Of a DNA stretch of 20,319 nt, positions 1-7,890 are shown piece after piece. Numbering within the stretch: position 1 is the first letter of the stretch; every line of letters begins with the position of its first letter. The notes under the pieces were generated by a model. It was given only the letters and a program-made list of their open reading frames with translations, was not told the DNA's origin and searched no databases. Origin of the DNA: a virus. The stretch spans positions 1 to 20,319 of IMG/VR virus record IMGVR_UViG_3300028833_003500; one strand, 5' to 3'. The position numbers were made by a program, and so were the translations under genes.

Positions 1-2
1 AA

Positions 3-140
3 CTTCATGATCCTGAAGAATTTGATGCAACAATTAATGTTTGGAAAAGGTCAGTAATTGATACTATTCCACTTGGTTGTTCTGTAAAATTCAGAATGGA
101 TGTTGAAGAAATGCTTGAAAAATTCAAAAGTATATATTAA
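3..140 (+). CDS. 3' end of a hypothetical protein (5'-truncated by the window)
   Basis: Open frame from base 3 (LHDPEEFDATINVWKRS...EKFKSIY) to TAA at 138-140, followed by a terminator hairpin. Confidence 0.6.
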   Translation, partial: LHDPEEFDATINVWKRSVIDTIPLGCSVKFRMDVEEMLEKFKSIY

Positions 141-162
141 AGATTATCCTTTAATCATGTGT

Positions 163-189
163 AGGGGTTGACGAAAGTCAATCCTTTTT
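163..189 (+). terminator. Intrinsic terminator with GAAA tetraloop
   Basis: GGGGTTGAC-GAAA-GTCAATCCT stem (two G-U pairs) followed by a T run, just after the upstream stop. Confidence 0.7.
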
Positions 190-196
190 CTATATT
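168..196 (+). promoter_or_regulatory. Sigma70-like promoter overlapping the terminator
   Basis: TTGACG (168-173), 17 nt, TATATT (191-196); upstream of RBS GAGG and the ATG at 223. Confidence 0.55.
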
Positions 197-222
197 GTAA
201 TCAATAAAGAGGTAATAATAAA

Positions 223-1521
223 ATGTTTGGAAAACCATTAGCATATATTGTAAGAATTAAGGATATCCGAGAGATTCCTGGGGCGGACAGAATTGAACTT
301 GCTACGGTTATGGACTATACTGTAGTCGTTAAGAAAGGTGAATATCAACCTGGTGATCTTAGTTTGTATGTAGAAGTAGATTCACTTCTTCCAGATGGTT
401 TGTCTGATGAACTTCGTGCTAAATATACTGCTATTAAGGAAGGTAGAGAATTAGCGGATGCTACAAAGGAAGAAATTGAAAACGCTCTCAAGGCAATTCA
501 AGAATCTTCTAAGTACCCATATTTTGAATTTCTCAGAGATAAGAAGTTCAAAATCAAGAGCATGAAGCTTGGAAAGTTTGGTGTTATTTCTCAAGGTATT
601 CTTTTCAAGCCTGCAGATCTTGGTATTACTGATGCAAAGGTTGGTAAGGATTATACTCTTCAATTCGGCATTACTGAAATTGTCCAAGATGAAGAAGAAG
701 CTGGTCTTAATACTGGTAAGAAGGATAACTGGCTTGTTCGCAAGCTTATGAGATATACTTGGTATCGTAACTGGAGGAAGCGTCATAACGTTTCTGAAAC
801 TTGGGATCCAACTAACCCTGGAAAGTCTGACGAGGAAAACGTCCAAAAGGTTTACACCAAGATGTTTGAACAATACAAGGGTAAGAAATGGGTTAAGACT
901 GAAAAGCTCGAAGGTCAAAACATTACCGTTTTCTCTGAAAAGATTGAACCAAGTTGGTTTGATAAGCTTTTCCATCGCAATGTGGAAAGCAAGAGAATCG
1001 GCGTATGTTCTAGAACTAGGGAACTTAATAAGAATGGTTCTGGAAAGGCTTTCTGGGACACAGTTCTTAGACTTAAACTTGATGAAAAAATCAAGAAGAT
1101 TCCAGGTGAATGGTTCTGCCGTGGTGAACACGTCGGTCCAGGTATTCAAAAGAATATCTATAACCTTCCAAGAACTGATATTATCTTCTTCGACTTTTAC
1201 AAAAAAGTTTACTTCGAAGATACTATAAATAGAAAAGTATTGTTCAAGTGGGAAAAGTTGAATTTCGAAGATTCTGTTCTTTTCGCTGAACAATGGGGAT
1301 TGAAGTTCGTTCCAGTTCTTGATGACAATTACGAATTACCAGAAGGTCATGTAAATGATAAGGGTGTATTCGTTTCTGGTGCTGACATCATGCTTCAAGA
1401 ATCTGATGCAAATACCGTTTTCGGTAACAACCTCAGTCATAAAAGAGAAGGTTTCGTTCTTAGACTTCGTGACGACTATAACGTTTCGTTCAAGGTCAAG
1501 AATCCTAACTACAGTATTTAA
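223..1521 (+). CDS. ATP-dependent RNA ligase, DRB0094/Rnl2-like family
   Basis: N-terminal module LAYIVRIKDIREIPGADRIE...GDLSLYVEVDSLLP typical of this family; nucleotidyltransferase motifs I (TEKLEG), III (RGEHVGPGIQKN), IIIa (FFDF), IV (REGFVLR), V (FKVKN). Confidence 0.85.
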   Translation: MFGKPLAYIVRIKDIREIPGADRIELATVMDYTVVVKKGEYQPGDLSLYVEVDSLLPDGLSDELRAKYTAIKEGRELADATKEEIENALKAIQESSKYPYFEFLRDKKFKIKSMKLGKFGVISQGILFKPADLGITDAKVGKDYTLQFGITEIVQDEEEAGLNTGKKDNWLVRKLMRYTWYRNWRKRHNVSETWDPTNPGKSDEENVQKVYTKMFEQYKGKKWVKTEKLEGQNITVFSEKIEPSWFDKLFHRNVESKRIGVCSRTRELNKNGSGKAFWDTVLRLKLDEKIKKIPGEWFCRGEHVGPGIQKNIYNLPRTDIIFFDFYKKVYFEDTINRKVLFKWEKLNFEDSVLFAEQWGLKFVPVLDDNYELPEGHVNDKGVFVSGADIMLQESDANTVFGNNLSHKREGFVLRLRDDYNVSFKVKNPNYSI

Positions 1522-1530
1522 GGAAATTCT

Positions 1531-1842
1531 ATGGCAGAAACATTAAACGAAAGTGTAGCTCGTCAAGAGGCTACTAATGAGACTTTAACTAACCGTATGC
1601 ATACCCTGGAGGAGTTTTATACTGAGAAGTATAATCTTTTAAAGGGTATTAGCGAAACGCATCCAGATTGCTTTAAAACGCCGTTTAAACTTGTTTCTTT
1701 TGCAGAGGCTAAAGAATCTATACCTACTGTGAAAGACAAGTCCAAAACGCTTAATATGCAAATTGACAAGCTTTCTGAATTTTATGTTGGTCTCATGAAC
1801 CAATATGAACATATTAAAGATACTCATCCCGAATATCTTTAA
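1531..1842 (+). CDS. Hypothetical protein, 103 aa, helical
   Basis: AAGGA RBS overlapping the ligase stop, ATG start, coding-like composition; no recognised motif. Confidence 0.7.
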   Translation: MAETLNESVARQEATNETLTNRMHTLEEFYTEKYNLLKGISETHPDCFKTPFKLVSFAEAKESIPTVKDKSKTLNMQIDKLSEFYVGLMNQYEHIKDTHPEYL

Positions 1843-1866
1843 AAAATAAAAATAAATCTCTAACCG

Positions 1867-1895
1867 TTTACAAAACCAACCGTTTTTACTATATT
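1867..1895 (+). promoter_or_regulatory. Sigma70-like promoter
   Basis: TTTACA (1867-1872), 17 nt, TATATT (1890-1895); upstream of AAAGGA RBS and the ATG at 1913. Confidence 0.55.
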
Positions 1896-1912
1896 TGTGA
1901 TAAAGGAATTAT

Positions 1913-2359
1913 ATGAAGGCTATTAGTTGTGGTGTAATTATTATTGATAAAGCATCTCGTAAGCTTTTGGCATGTCATCCTTCTTGTCACTCATATAGAG
2001 ACGGTAACTGGGATATTCCCAAGGGACATGTGGAAGGTAACGAGACTCATGTGGAAACAGCTTTACGTGAATTAAAAGAAGAAGCTAATATTGTACTTAC
2101 CGAATCTGATCTTTATGACTGTGGTATGTTCTTGTATACCAAGTATAAAGACTTACATCTTTATGTCGCAGAAACTGACATCAATCTTAAAGACTTAAGC
2201 TGTTCTACTACTTTCAATTTCGAAGGAAGAACTCCTTTGGAAGTAGACGATTACAAACTGATTGATGACACCGCTACCCAAACATATTACAGAAGTTTGG
2301 GACCGCTCGTAGCCGATTGCATTAAACGCTACAAAGAGCGTGACATAAATAAGGTATGA
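1913..2359 (+). CDS. NUDIX hydrolase
   Basis: Nudix box GHVEGNETHVETALRELKEEANI preceded by WDIPKG. Confidence 0.9.
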   Translation: MKAISCGVIIIDKASRKLLACHPSCHSYRDGNWDIPKGHVEGNETHVETALRELKEEANIVLTESDLYDCGMFLYTKYKDLHLYVAETDINLKDLSCSTTFNFEGRTPLEVDDYKLIDDTATQTYYRSLGPLVADCIKRYKERDINKV

Positions 2360-2811
2360 ATTTAGAGACGTTTAAACAAGTTGAGGAAAAAGCAAAAACA
2401 GATTTATCTATGCCTGATACTTTGGAGGCAATTATTAAAAAGAATAATATTTTGCCAGCCGTTATTCAAGAATGGATTAAATTGTATCAAGATCAGAAAT
2501 ATGTCTGTGCAAGCTTAAATGTAGAATTGTTGGAATTATACGGTGATTTGACAAAGTGTTTCAAAAGACCTAGAAATACAGTGGAATTACAAAAGAAATA
2601 CAATATCTCAATCAATGAATTTTGGGAAACAGCAAAAGAAATTGATTCGCAGATTAATTGTTGTACTCCTTATGTAGCAAAACTAAAACAGGTTAACCAA
2701 CAGAAATACTTTTTGGAATTCATCGAAAACACACTGAATAACATAAAGAATTTATCTTTCGCTATCAAGAATTACCTTGATTACAAGAAACTCATGATGG
2801 CGACATCGTAA
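2356..2811 (+). CDS. uvsY: UvsY-like recombination mediator (T4-like)
   Basis: Helical 151-aa protein; C-terminal LEFIENTLNNIKNLSFAIKNYLDYKK matches T4 UvsY LDFCSGALDAIKSRGFAIKHIQDMR as recalled; ATGA overlap with the NUDIX gene. Confidence 0.65.
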   Translation: MNLETFKQVEEKAKTDLSMPDTLEAIIKKNNILPAVIQEWIKLYQDQKYVCASLNVELLELYGDLTKCFKRPRNTVELQKKYNISINEFWETAKEIDSQINCCTPYVAKLKQVNQQKYFLEFIENTLNNIKNLSFAIKNYLDYKKLMMATS

Positions 2812-2821
2812 AAATTTTCGC

Positions 2822-2829
2822 TATAAATA
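2822..2829 (+). promoter_or_regulatory. T4-type late promoter box TATAAATA
   Basis: Exact match to the T4 gp55 late consensus in the intergenic region upstream of the sHSP gene. Confidence 0.55.
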
Positions 2830-2960
2830 TAACGAAAATGAGTTTAACAAGAGTTTAATTGGTTAGTTTCGCCAATTGAAACATGAATACACAAATGTGA
2901 TTTATGTCTTTAACAATGAAACGAAAAGAGACACGTAAGGTCTCGAAAGGATAGAATACT

Positions 2961-3389
2961 ATGAATAATATTTTTGAAAATCTTCTCAAGGAACTCAATG
3001 CATTCGATGCATCTTTTAATGACACTGCTGAAAAGGTCAATGTCCCGCTCAACATCATTCACGAAGAAGATGGTTCGAGCACTATCGAAGTTGCAGTCGT
3101 TGGTAAGACCCGTGAAGACATCAAGCTCAAGGGCACCATTGAAGACGGTAAGGCATATCTTACTATCGAAACTGTTGAGAAGGAAGCTACAGACGCTGAA
3201 AAGGATGCTGAAGCAAAGCGTGTTTACACAGTTCGTAAGATCAAGGGTAGCGGCAAGCTCTCTATCAAGATCTTCGTTCCGGCTAACCTCAGCATGAAGG
3301 AACTCACCGCTAAGGTTGAAAATGGTCTTTTGACCATCAATATCCCGGTCTGTCCTGAAGCCCGTCCGGTTGAATTTAACGTTGGCTAA
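2961..3389 (+). CDS. Small heat-shock protein (Hsp20/alpha-crystallin)
   Basis: 142 aa; PLNIIHEEDG..IEVAVVGKTREDIKL and AKVENGLLTINIP motifs, C-terminal VEF (IXI-like); AAAGGA RBS. Confidence 0.9.
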   Translation: MNNIFENLLKELNAFDASFNDTAEKVNVPLNIIHEEDGSSTIEVAVVGKTREDIKLKGTIEDGKAYLTIETVEKEATDAEKDAEAKRVYTVRKIKGSGKLSIKIFVPANLSMKELTAKVENGLLTINIPVCPEARPVEFNVG

Positions 3390-3414
3390 TAACCAATTTT
3401 AAATCAAAAATATA

Positions 3415-3445
3415 AAAGTAAGTCTTAATTGACTTACCTTTTTTT
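3415..3445. terminator. Bidirectional intrinsic terminator
   Basis: GTAAGTC-TTAATT-GACTTAC stem flanked by A and T runs, between convergent genes. Confidence 0.75.
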
Positions 3446-3448
3446 ATT

Positions 3449-4093
3449 TTAAACATTTTCTTGTGCTGTATAGAAGAACTCTTCTTCTGTTGCATACGTT
3501 ATCGCATCAGCAGAATCTAACATATCTTCGTATTTCTTTAGTCGTTCTTCTGTCAAGAATGCGTCTGGTTCAATTTGTTTAAGAACTAATTTTGCTTCTC
3601 TGAATGAACCTGTCTGAACCAATGAAATTACTGTCAATAACTTCTGTGCAATTTCTAATGGTGTCACTGTTTCGAAATCTGTAAAGATACATTCTTCACG
3701 GAATAACGAGATGAATTCGTTGCCGACTGTGATGTTATAGTCAACCTCGCCAGCGACTCCATCAATAGCAGAAATTCTTGATGCATTGGAGTTATATTCG
3801 GTGATAAATCTGAAGCGGTCAACTGGCTTGTCCATAAAGTCAAGCACTTCATGTTCATCGAATTCTTCCAGAATTGCTTCAGCATTCTTTGACCAGAATT
3901 CTTTATTGTTATAGACACATTCGCCATCTACATAAACAATTCTTGAAATGTATTTCATATCGACGTCCTGTAAAATGTAAAAATCTTCTTCATTTTCATT
4001 TAGCTCTTTCATTCTAGCTCTAAGATTAGCTAAACTACTTGTGTTGTGTGTTAATTTTCCTGTTTGTTTGTTTACTGCATAATAATGACTCAT
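3449..4093 (-). CDS. Hypothetical protein, putative tail-fibre assembly/accessory protein
   Basis: Last gene of the fibre operon; the C-terminal helical segment resembles the 117-aa ORF at 7525-7878. Confidence 0.55.
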   Translation of the reverse strand: MSHYYAVNKQTGKLTHNTSSLANLRARMKELNENEEDFYILQDVDMKYISRIVYVDGECVYNNKEFWSKNAEAILEEFDEHEVLDFMDKPVDRFRFITEYNSNASRISAIDGVAGEVDYNITVGNEFISLFREECIFTDFETVTPLEIAQKLLTVISLVQTGSFREAKLVLKQIEPDAFLTEERLKKYEDMLDSADAITYATEEEFFYTAQENV

Positions 4094-4095
4094 TA

Positions 4096-5484
4096 TTAAA
4101 CCTCATTACCATTTATTTTTAGGTAATACTTTCTATTACCAGTTGTAGCAGATCTAAGTGTATTAGAAATTACGCCTTCACCAGAAATCTTCTGTTTTAC
4201 CAAATCATCGCTAGTACCTATTTCAGTCATATAATTACCATAAGTACCAGAATTGTCAATCATAGAACTTAAAGTTGTATAATTATATACTTTTTGCCAA
4301 GATCCATCATAATAGTAAACATTATCATCATTGTCACCTGATATAGTTCCGCCTTTAATAAAATAAAAACCACCGTTTATTGGATTTGTAGGTAATGTAT
4401 CTATTGGTGTAAGTGAAGATATTTGACTTGTATAACCAGATTGCATTTTGAAGACATGACCAATAATATCAGACGCATTCCAACCATATTCCCAACTACT
4501 AGGTCCAGTTGTGCATAAAGCAGATGTATATGATTTAATATCTTTTAATAAATTTGCTAAACGCAGAGCTGCGGTATTTTTACTTGCATAATCAGTCACA
4601 TTACTTGGAGTATTAGATGATTTGTATGCAAATCTACCAGAAAATATAGGGCCGTTTTGCGGCATAAATCTAAATGAATCATCTACTGACATAGCACAAA
4701 ATGCAATAATATCTTCTGCTCGTATATTACCAGTTTCTACTCCTAATTCCCCTTTATATGGTTTTCCATTGCCAGCATCTGAACGAACAAAACACACATG
4801 CTGTTCAAAGATGGTATTACTGCCTTCCCATACAAAAAAATCATTTTCAGATAATGGAACTACTGTGCTTAAATCACTTGCTTCACCACCGTATGTGCCT
4901 AAAGTAGTTATATCTGTTGTAGTAACAGTATCACGATCATTATGATATGCTTTATAAACGCCGTTTTCACCATCAAAATATGCGGGCCAGAATGTATCTT
5001 CACCAGGACTTTCATTATTATGCTGATATACAATGTAATAAGTTTTGCCACCTTTTAACAACACATTTTGATTATTAACATAGCGCTTGTAACCAGCAAG
5101 TTGATATTCAGTTGCAGAATCTGGACCATTGTCAGCATTAAACGCTGCAATATATAAGCCAGATTCATGAAGAATTTTTACTCTAGCTTTATCATTATTA
5201 CCTTGACTAGATGTAGTAAAAATTTCAATTGTTTGTACATATATGTCTGCTATTGGCTTATATTGTATAGCAACGAGCTTATCACCAGCAACTAATGTTC
5301 TTTGTGCATGATCTCTTAACCAAATGAGTTTAAGATCACCTGCATTATTAGATGGAGACCAATATACAGCTTTAATACTGTGAGCATTACCTGCAGCATC
5401 GCACCAAATAATATTTCTGGTTCTTGCTGCCAAATTAGTCTGACTGGGATGTGTTGGTCTAATATGTTCTAGTTCACCGGCCAT
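4096..5484 (-). CDS. Putative fibre-tip / receptor-binding protein, 462 aa
   Basis: Directly follows the collagen fibre; N-terminal IIWCD..SIKAVYW..LKLIW segment; Tyr/Gly/Asn-rich, beta-type composition; LPTNPINGGFYFIK..YYYDGSW motif of the kind seen in fibre proteins. Confidence 0.5.
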   Translation of the reverse strand: MAGELEHIRPTHPSQTNLAARTRNIIWCDAAGNAHSIKAVYWSPSNNAGDLKLIWLRDHAQRTLVAGDKLVAIQYKPIADIYVQTIEIFTTSSQGNNDKARVKILHESGLYIAAFNADNGPDSATEYQLAGYKRYVNNQNVLLKGGKTYYIVYQHNNESPGEDTFWPAYFDGENGVYKAYHNDRDTVTTTDITTLGTYGGEASDLSTVVPLSENDFFVWEGSNTIFEQHVCFVRSDAGNGKPYKGELGVETGNIRAEDIIAFCAMSVDDSFRFMPQNGPIFSGRFAYKSSNTPSNVTDYASKNTAALRLANLLKDIKSYTSALCTTGPSSWEYGWNASDIIGHVFKMQSGYTSQISSLTPIDTLPTNPINGGFYFIKGGTISGDNDDNVYYYDGSWQKVYNYTTLSSMIDNSGTYGNYMTEIGTSDDLVKQKISGEGVISNTLRSATTGNRKYYLKINGNEV

Positions 5485-5493
5485 ATTACCTCA

Positions 5494-7521
5494 TTAAACA
5501 ATATCATAAACGAAATAGTATGTATTTGCTTCTGTGACTGTTGGAACTTCTGTAACGTTAATTACACATGCACCAATATCAAACCCACTAGCTGTCTTTC
5601 TTAACATATAATTAGGACCATTTGTTGGGTCAAAACTTGACATAGAATTATAAGATGTAGTTGGAACATGAACAACTTTTGATTGATTTCCCTGAGACTC
5701 AACAGTAATATTACCATAAGAATTAGCACCATCAGGAGCAAAGTTAATTTGTAAAGATGTTCCATTTAAATCACCAACATTACCGCCTTGAACATTCTTT
5801 AAGAAACCACCGCCATAACTATTTACACCTAACCAGTTAGTACCTATAGCGGTTGTATCAGTAAGACTATTTACTCTGGATTGTCCCATTAAAGTAGCAG
5901 TAGTATTTACAGCTAAAATATTTTTTCCAGTAGATTTAACGATAACATTACCAGATACTGTTCCACCAGATAATGGAAGATAATTATCATCTAACCAATC
6001 TTTTGTTGGAATTACATCTGTTTTTACACCTAATTTTGTGCTTACAGATTTACCATTACCTGATAATGTTGTAGTGTCTATATTAGCTGTTGCTACGAAT
6101 GTTCTATCTGATTCTGCCTTTGAATAACATTGATCATTGAAGTCACACCAACCACTTACATTACCAGCATTATCTGTTCTTAATACTAAATAATTATTTA
6201 CTAATGAAGAATCTGGTTTAATAACATACTTTGCAAATTCAGTAGCTAATTCAGCTGCACCACTTGTTTCAGTCTTTTTATAATAATATGTTAAATCGTC
6301 AGCATCTTTCGTTATAAATCCTCGCTGACCAACCCAAGTTTCTGCTTGACTTAAAGCATTAGCGCTAGCTTCATTCACATATGTTTTCGTTGCATAATCG
6401 CCTTTTGGCTGATATGTAGTAGAAGCATCACTTGTTGTCAAGTAATTAGCCATATCAGATTTAGTTTGATATGTTTGATCAGCAGCAGTTGAATCAAGTT
6501 TTGTACTCAAAGCATTGGTAATTTCCGTTGCACCGCTTGTTTCTGTCTTTTGATAATAATTTCCACTATCTGTTAATTGAGCAACTGCTGTAGGAATATC
6601 AGATGTCAAGGCATATTCAGGAGGAACTGATGTCAAATAACCTTGATCTTTAACCCAAGTTTCTGCTTCATTATAAGCATTAGCACTTGCAGCTTCAACA
6701 TAAGCTTTAGTAGCATAATCAGCAGAAACAGAAATAGTATAATTTGAGGCAACTTTAGTAACTTCAATACCTTCTCCGCCAAGAAGATTAACAGTTGCAC
6801 CTTGTCCATCCAGACCGTTTGAAATATTAAATATATGCTGACCATCACTATCTGTAATAGTAACCTCAGTACCACCTGCCGGGAATTGTTCTGATACTGG
6901 AATGGCAGCAGTAACAACTGTCGGTGAGAAACCATCAGAACCATTAGCACCAGAAACACCACTCATAACATCGATGGATTCTGTTTTAGTAGTTCCGTCA
7001 TCATCGTAAGTAAATATAACTCTGCTACCACCTGTAATAGTTTCAGTAGAAACAGTCGGAGAAATACCATCTTTACCATTAGTTCCAGATGCGCCTTGAG
7101 CACCGCTTAATATATTAAACTGTGCAAGAGGATCACCACCACTTGTATAACTAATTGTTACTTGTGTACCGCCAGCAATAGTAGCAGTTGTAGCAGTGAT
7201 TGGAGTAGCATCATCACCTTTATCACCTTTTTCGCCAGTATCACCTTTTGTACCACTAGGACCTTGTTCACCTTGTGGACCAGCAGGACCTTGTGCACCA
7301 GAAATATAAGCAGCTTCTGGTGATGTAGCAGAAGATGCAAGTGTCCAGTGAACATAACCATCACTTTCAACACTAGGTTTCCACATTAAATCACTTTTTA
7401 CAATTGTTCCACCACCTCCACCAGCAAGAGGATAACCGCTAATAGCAGAAACACGTCCTGCTTCATCATATTCAAAGACGTTTGGTGTTATACTTGGATT
7501 TTGAATTATCATTTCTGCCAT
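5494..7521 (-). CDS. Tail fibre protein with collagen-like segment, 675 aa
   Basis: Ten uninterrupted Gly-X-Y triplets, repeated G..G..G.SPTV motifs, paired internal repeats (ASANA...AETWV..QG, YY.KTETSGA.E), C-terminal NTYYFVY. Confidence 0.75.
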   Translation of the reverse strand: MAEMIIQNPSITPNVFEYDEAGRVSAISGYPLAGGGGGTIVKSDLMWKPSVESDGYVHWTLASSATSPEAAYISGAQGPAGPQGEQGPSGTKGDTGEKGDKGDDATPITATTATIAGGTQVTISYTSGGDPLAQFNILSGAQGASGTNGKDGISPTVSTETITGGSRVIFTYDDDGTTKTESIDVMSGVSGANGSDGFSPTVVTAAIPVSEQFPAGGTEVTITDSDGQHIFNISNGLDGQGATVNLLGGEGIEVTKVASNYTISVSADYATKAYVEAASANAYNEAETWVKDQGYLTSVPPEYALTSDIPTAVAQLTDSGNYYQKTETSGATEITNALSTKLDSTAADQTYQTKSDMANYLTTSDASTTYQPKGDYATKTYVNEASANALSQAETWVGQRGFITKDADDLTYYYKKTETSGAAELATEFAKYVIKPDSSLVNNYLVLRTDNAGNVSGWCDFNDQCYSKAESDRTFVATANIDTTTLSGNGKSVSTKLGVKTDVIPTKDWLDDNYLPLSGGTVSGNVIVKSTGKNILAVNTTATLMGQSRVNSLTDTTAIGTNWLGVNSYGGGFLKNVQGGNVGDLNGTSLQINFAPDGANSYGNITVESQGNQSKVVHVPTTSYNSMSSFDPTNGPNYMLRKTASGFDIGACVINVTEVPTVTEANTYYFVYDIV
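7210..7299 (-). repeat. Collagen-like Gly-X-Y repeat (10 triplets)
   Basis: GAQ GPA GPQ GEQ GPS GTK GDT GEK GDK GDD, residues 75-104. Confidence 0.9.
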
Positions 7522-7524
7522 GAA

Positions 7525-7878
7525 TTATTCCTCTGTATCGTCTGCTTCAATTAAAGACTTAAGTAACCAATTTTTAATATTTATAAGCTTTTTGCTATGT
7601 GACACATCAAGCTGCTGAACCATTAAACTAGCAGTATAGAAATATCCACTTCTAATTAAAGAAAGAATACTTGGAACTACATTAATAATTGGAAGCATAT
7701 CTGATTGTGTAACTTCTAACAATTTTTCATGCAAATCTCTATCCAGATATGGTGCAATTTTGTAATTCCAATCAAGACCGGATATATGACTTGCAGAATT
7801 AAATAAATCATAATATGCACCATAAAATGCATTATTATAATTTTGTGAAATCTTTTCTTTATTATAAGTAACTAACAT
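7525..7878 (-). CDS. Hypothetical protein, 117 aa, putative fibre assembly chaperone
   Basis: Lies between the two fibre genes; GAGGA RBS; paralogous motif shared with 3449-4093. Confidence 0.55.
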   Translation of the reverse strand: MLVTYNKEKISQNYNNAFYGAYYDLFNSASHISGLDWNYKIAPYLDRDLHEKLLEVTQSDMLPIINVVPSILSLIRSGYFYTASLMVQQLDVSHSKKLINIKNWLLKSLIEADDTEE

Positions 7879-7890
7879 ATATCCTCATAA

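Noticed and set aside
1224-1231. TATAAATA inside the ligase gene
   Set aside because: It lies within coding sequence 300 nt from the next start and is expected by chance in AT-rich DNA.
451-1546. Overlapping or antisense ORFs within the RNA ligase (451-1293, 569-751, 866-1228, 1355-1546)
   Set aside because: Shadow frames of a well-supported gene, with no RBS or motifs.
2857-2882. Possible H-type pseudoknot in the hsp20 leader
   Set aside because: The second stem would need a zero-length connecting loop, so the two pairings are better treated as mutually exclusive hairpins.
2855-3297. ORFs 2855-3058 (-) and 2974-3297 (+) over hsp20
   Set aside because: Alternative frames of a clear Hsp20 gene with implausible composition.
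6633-7373. Leu/Val-rich alternative-frame ORFs (6633-6962, 7158-7373)
   Set aside because: Frame-shifted readings of GGT/GCT/ACT-rich fibre codons, not membrane proteins.
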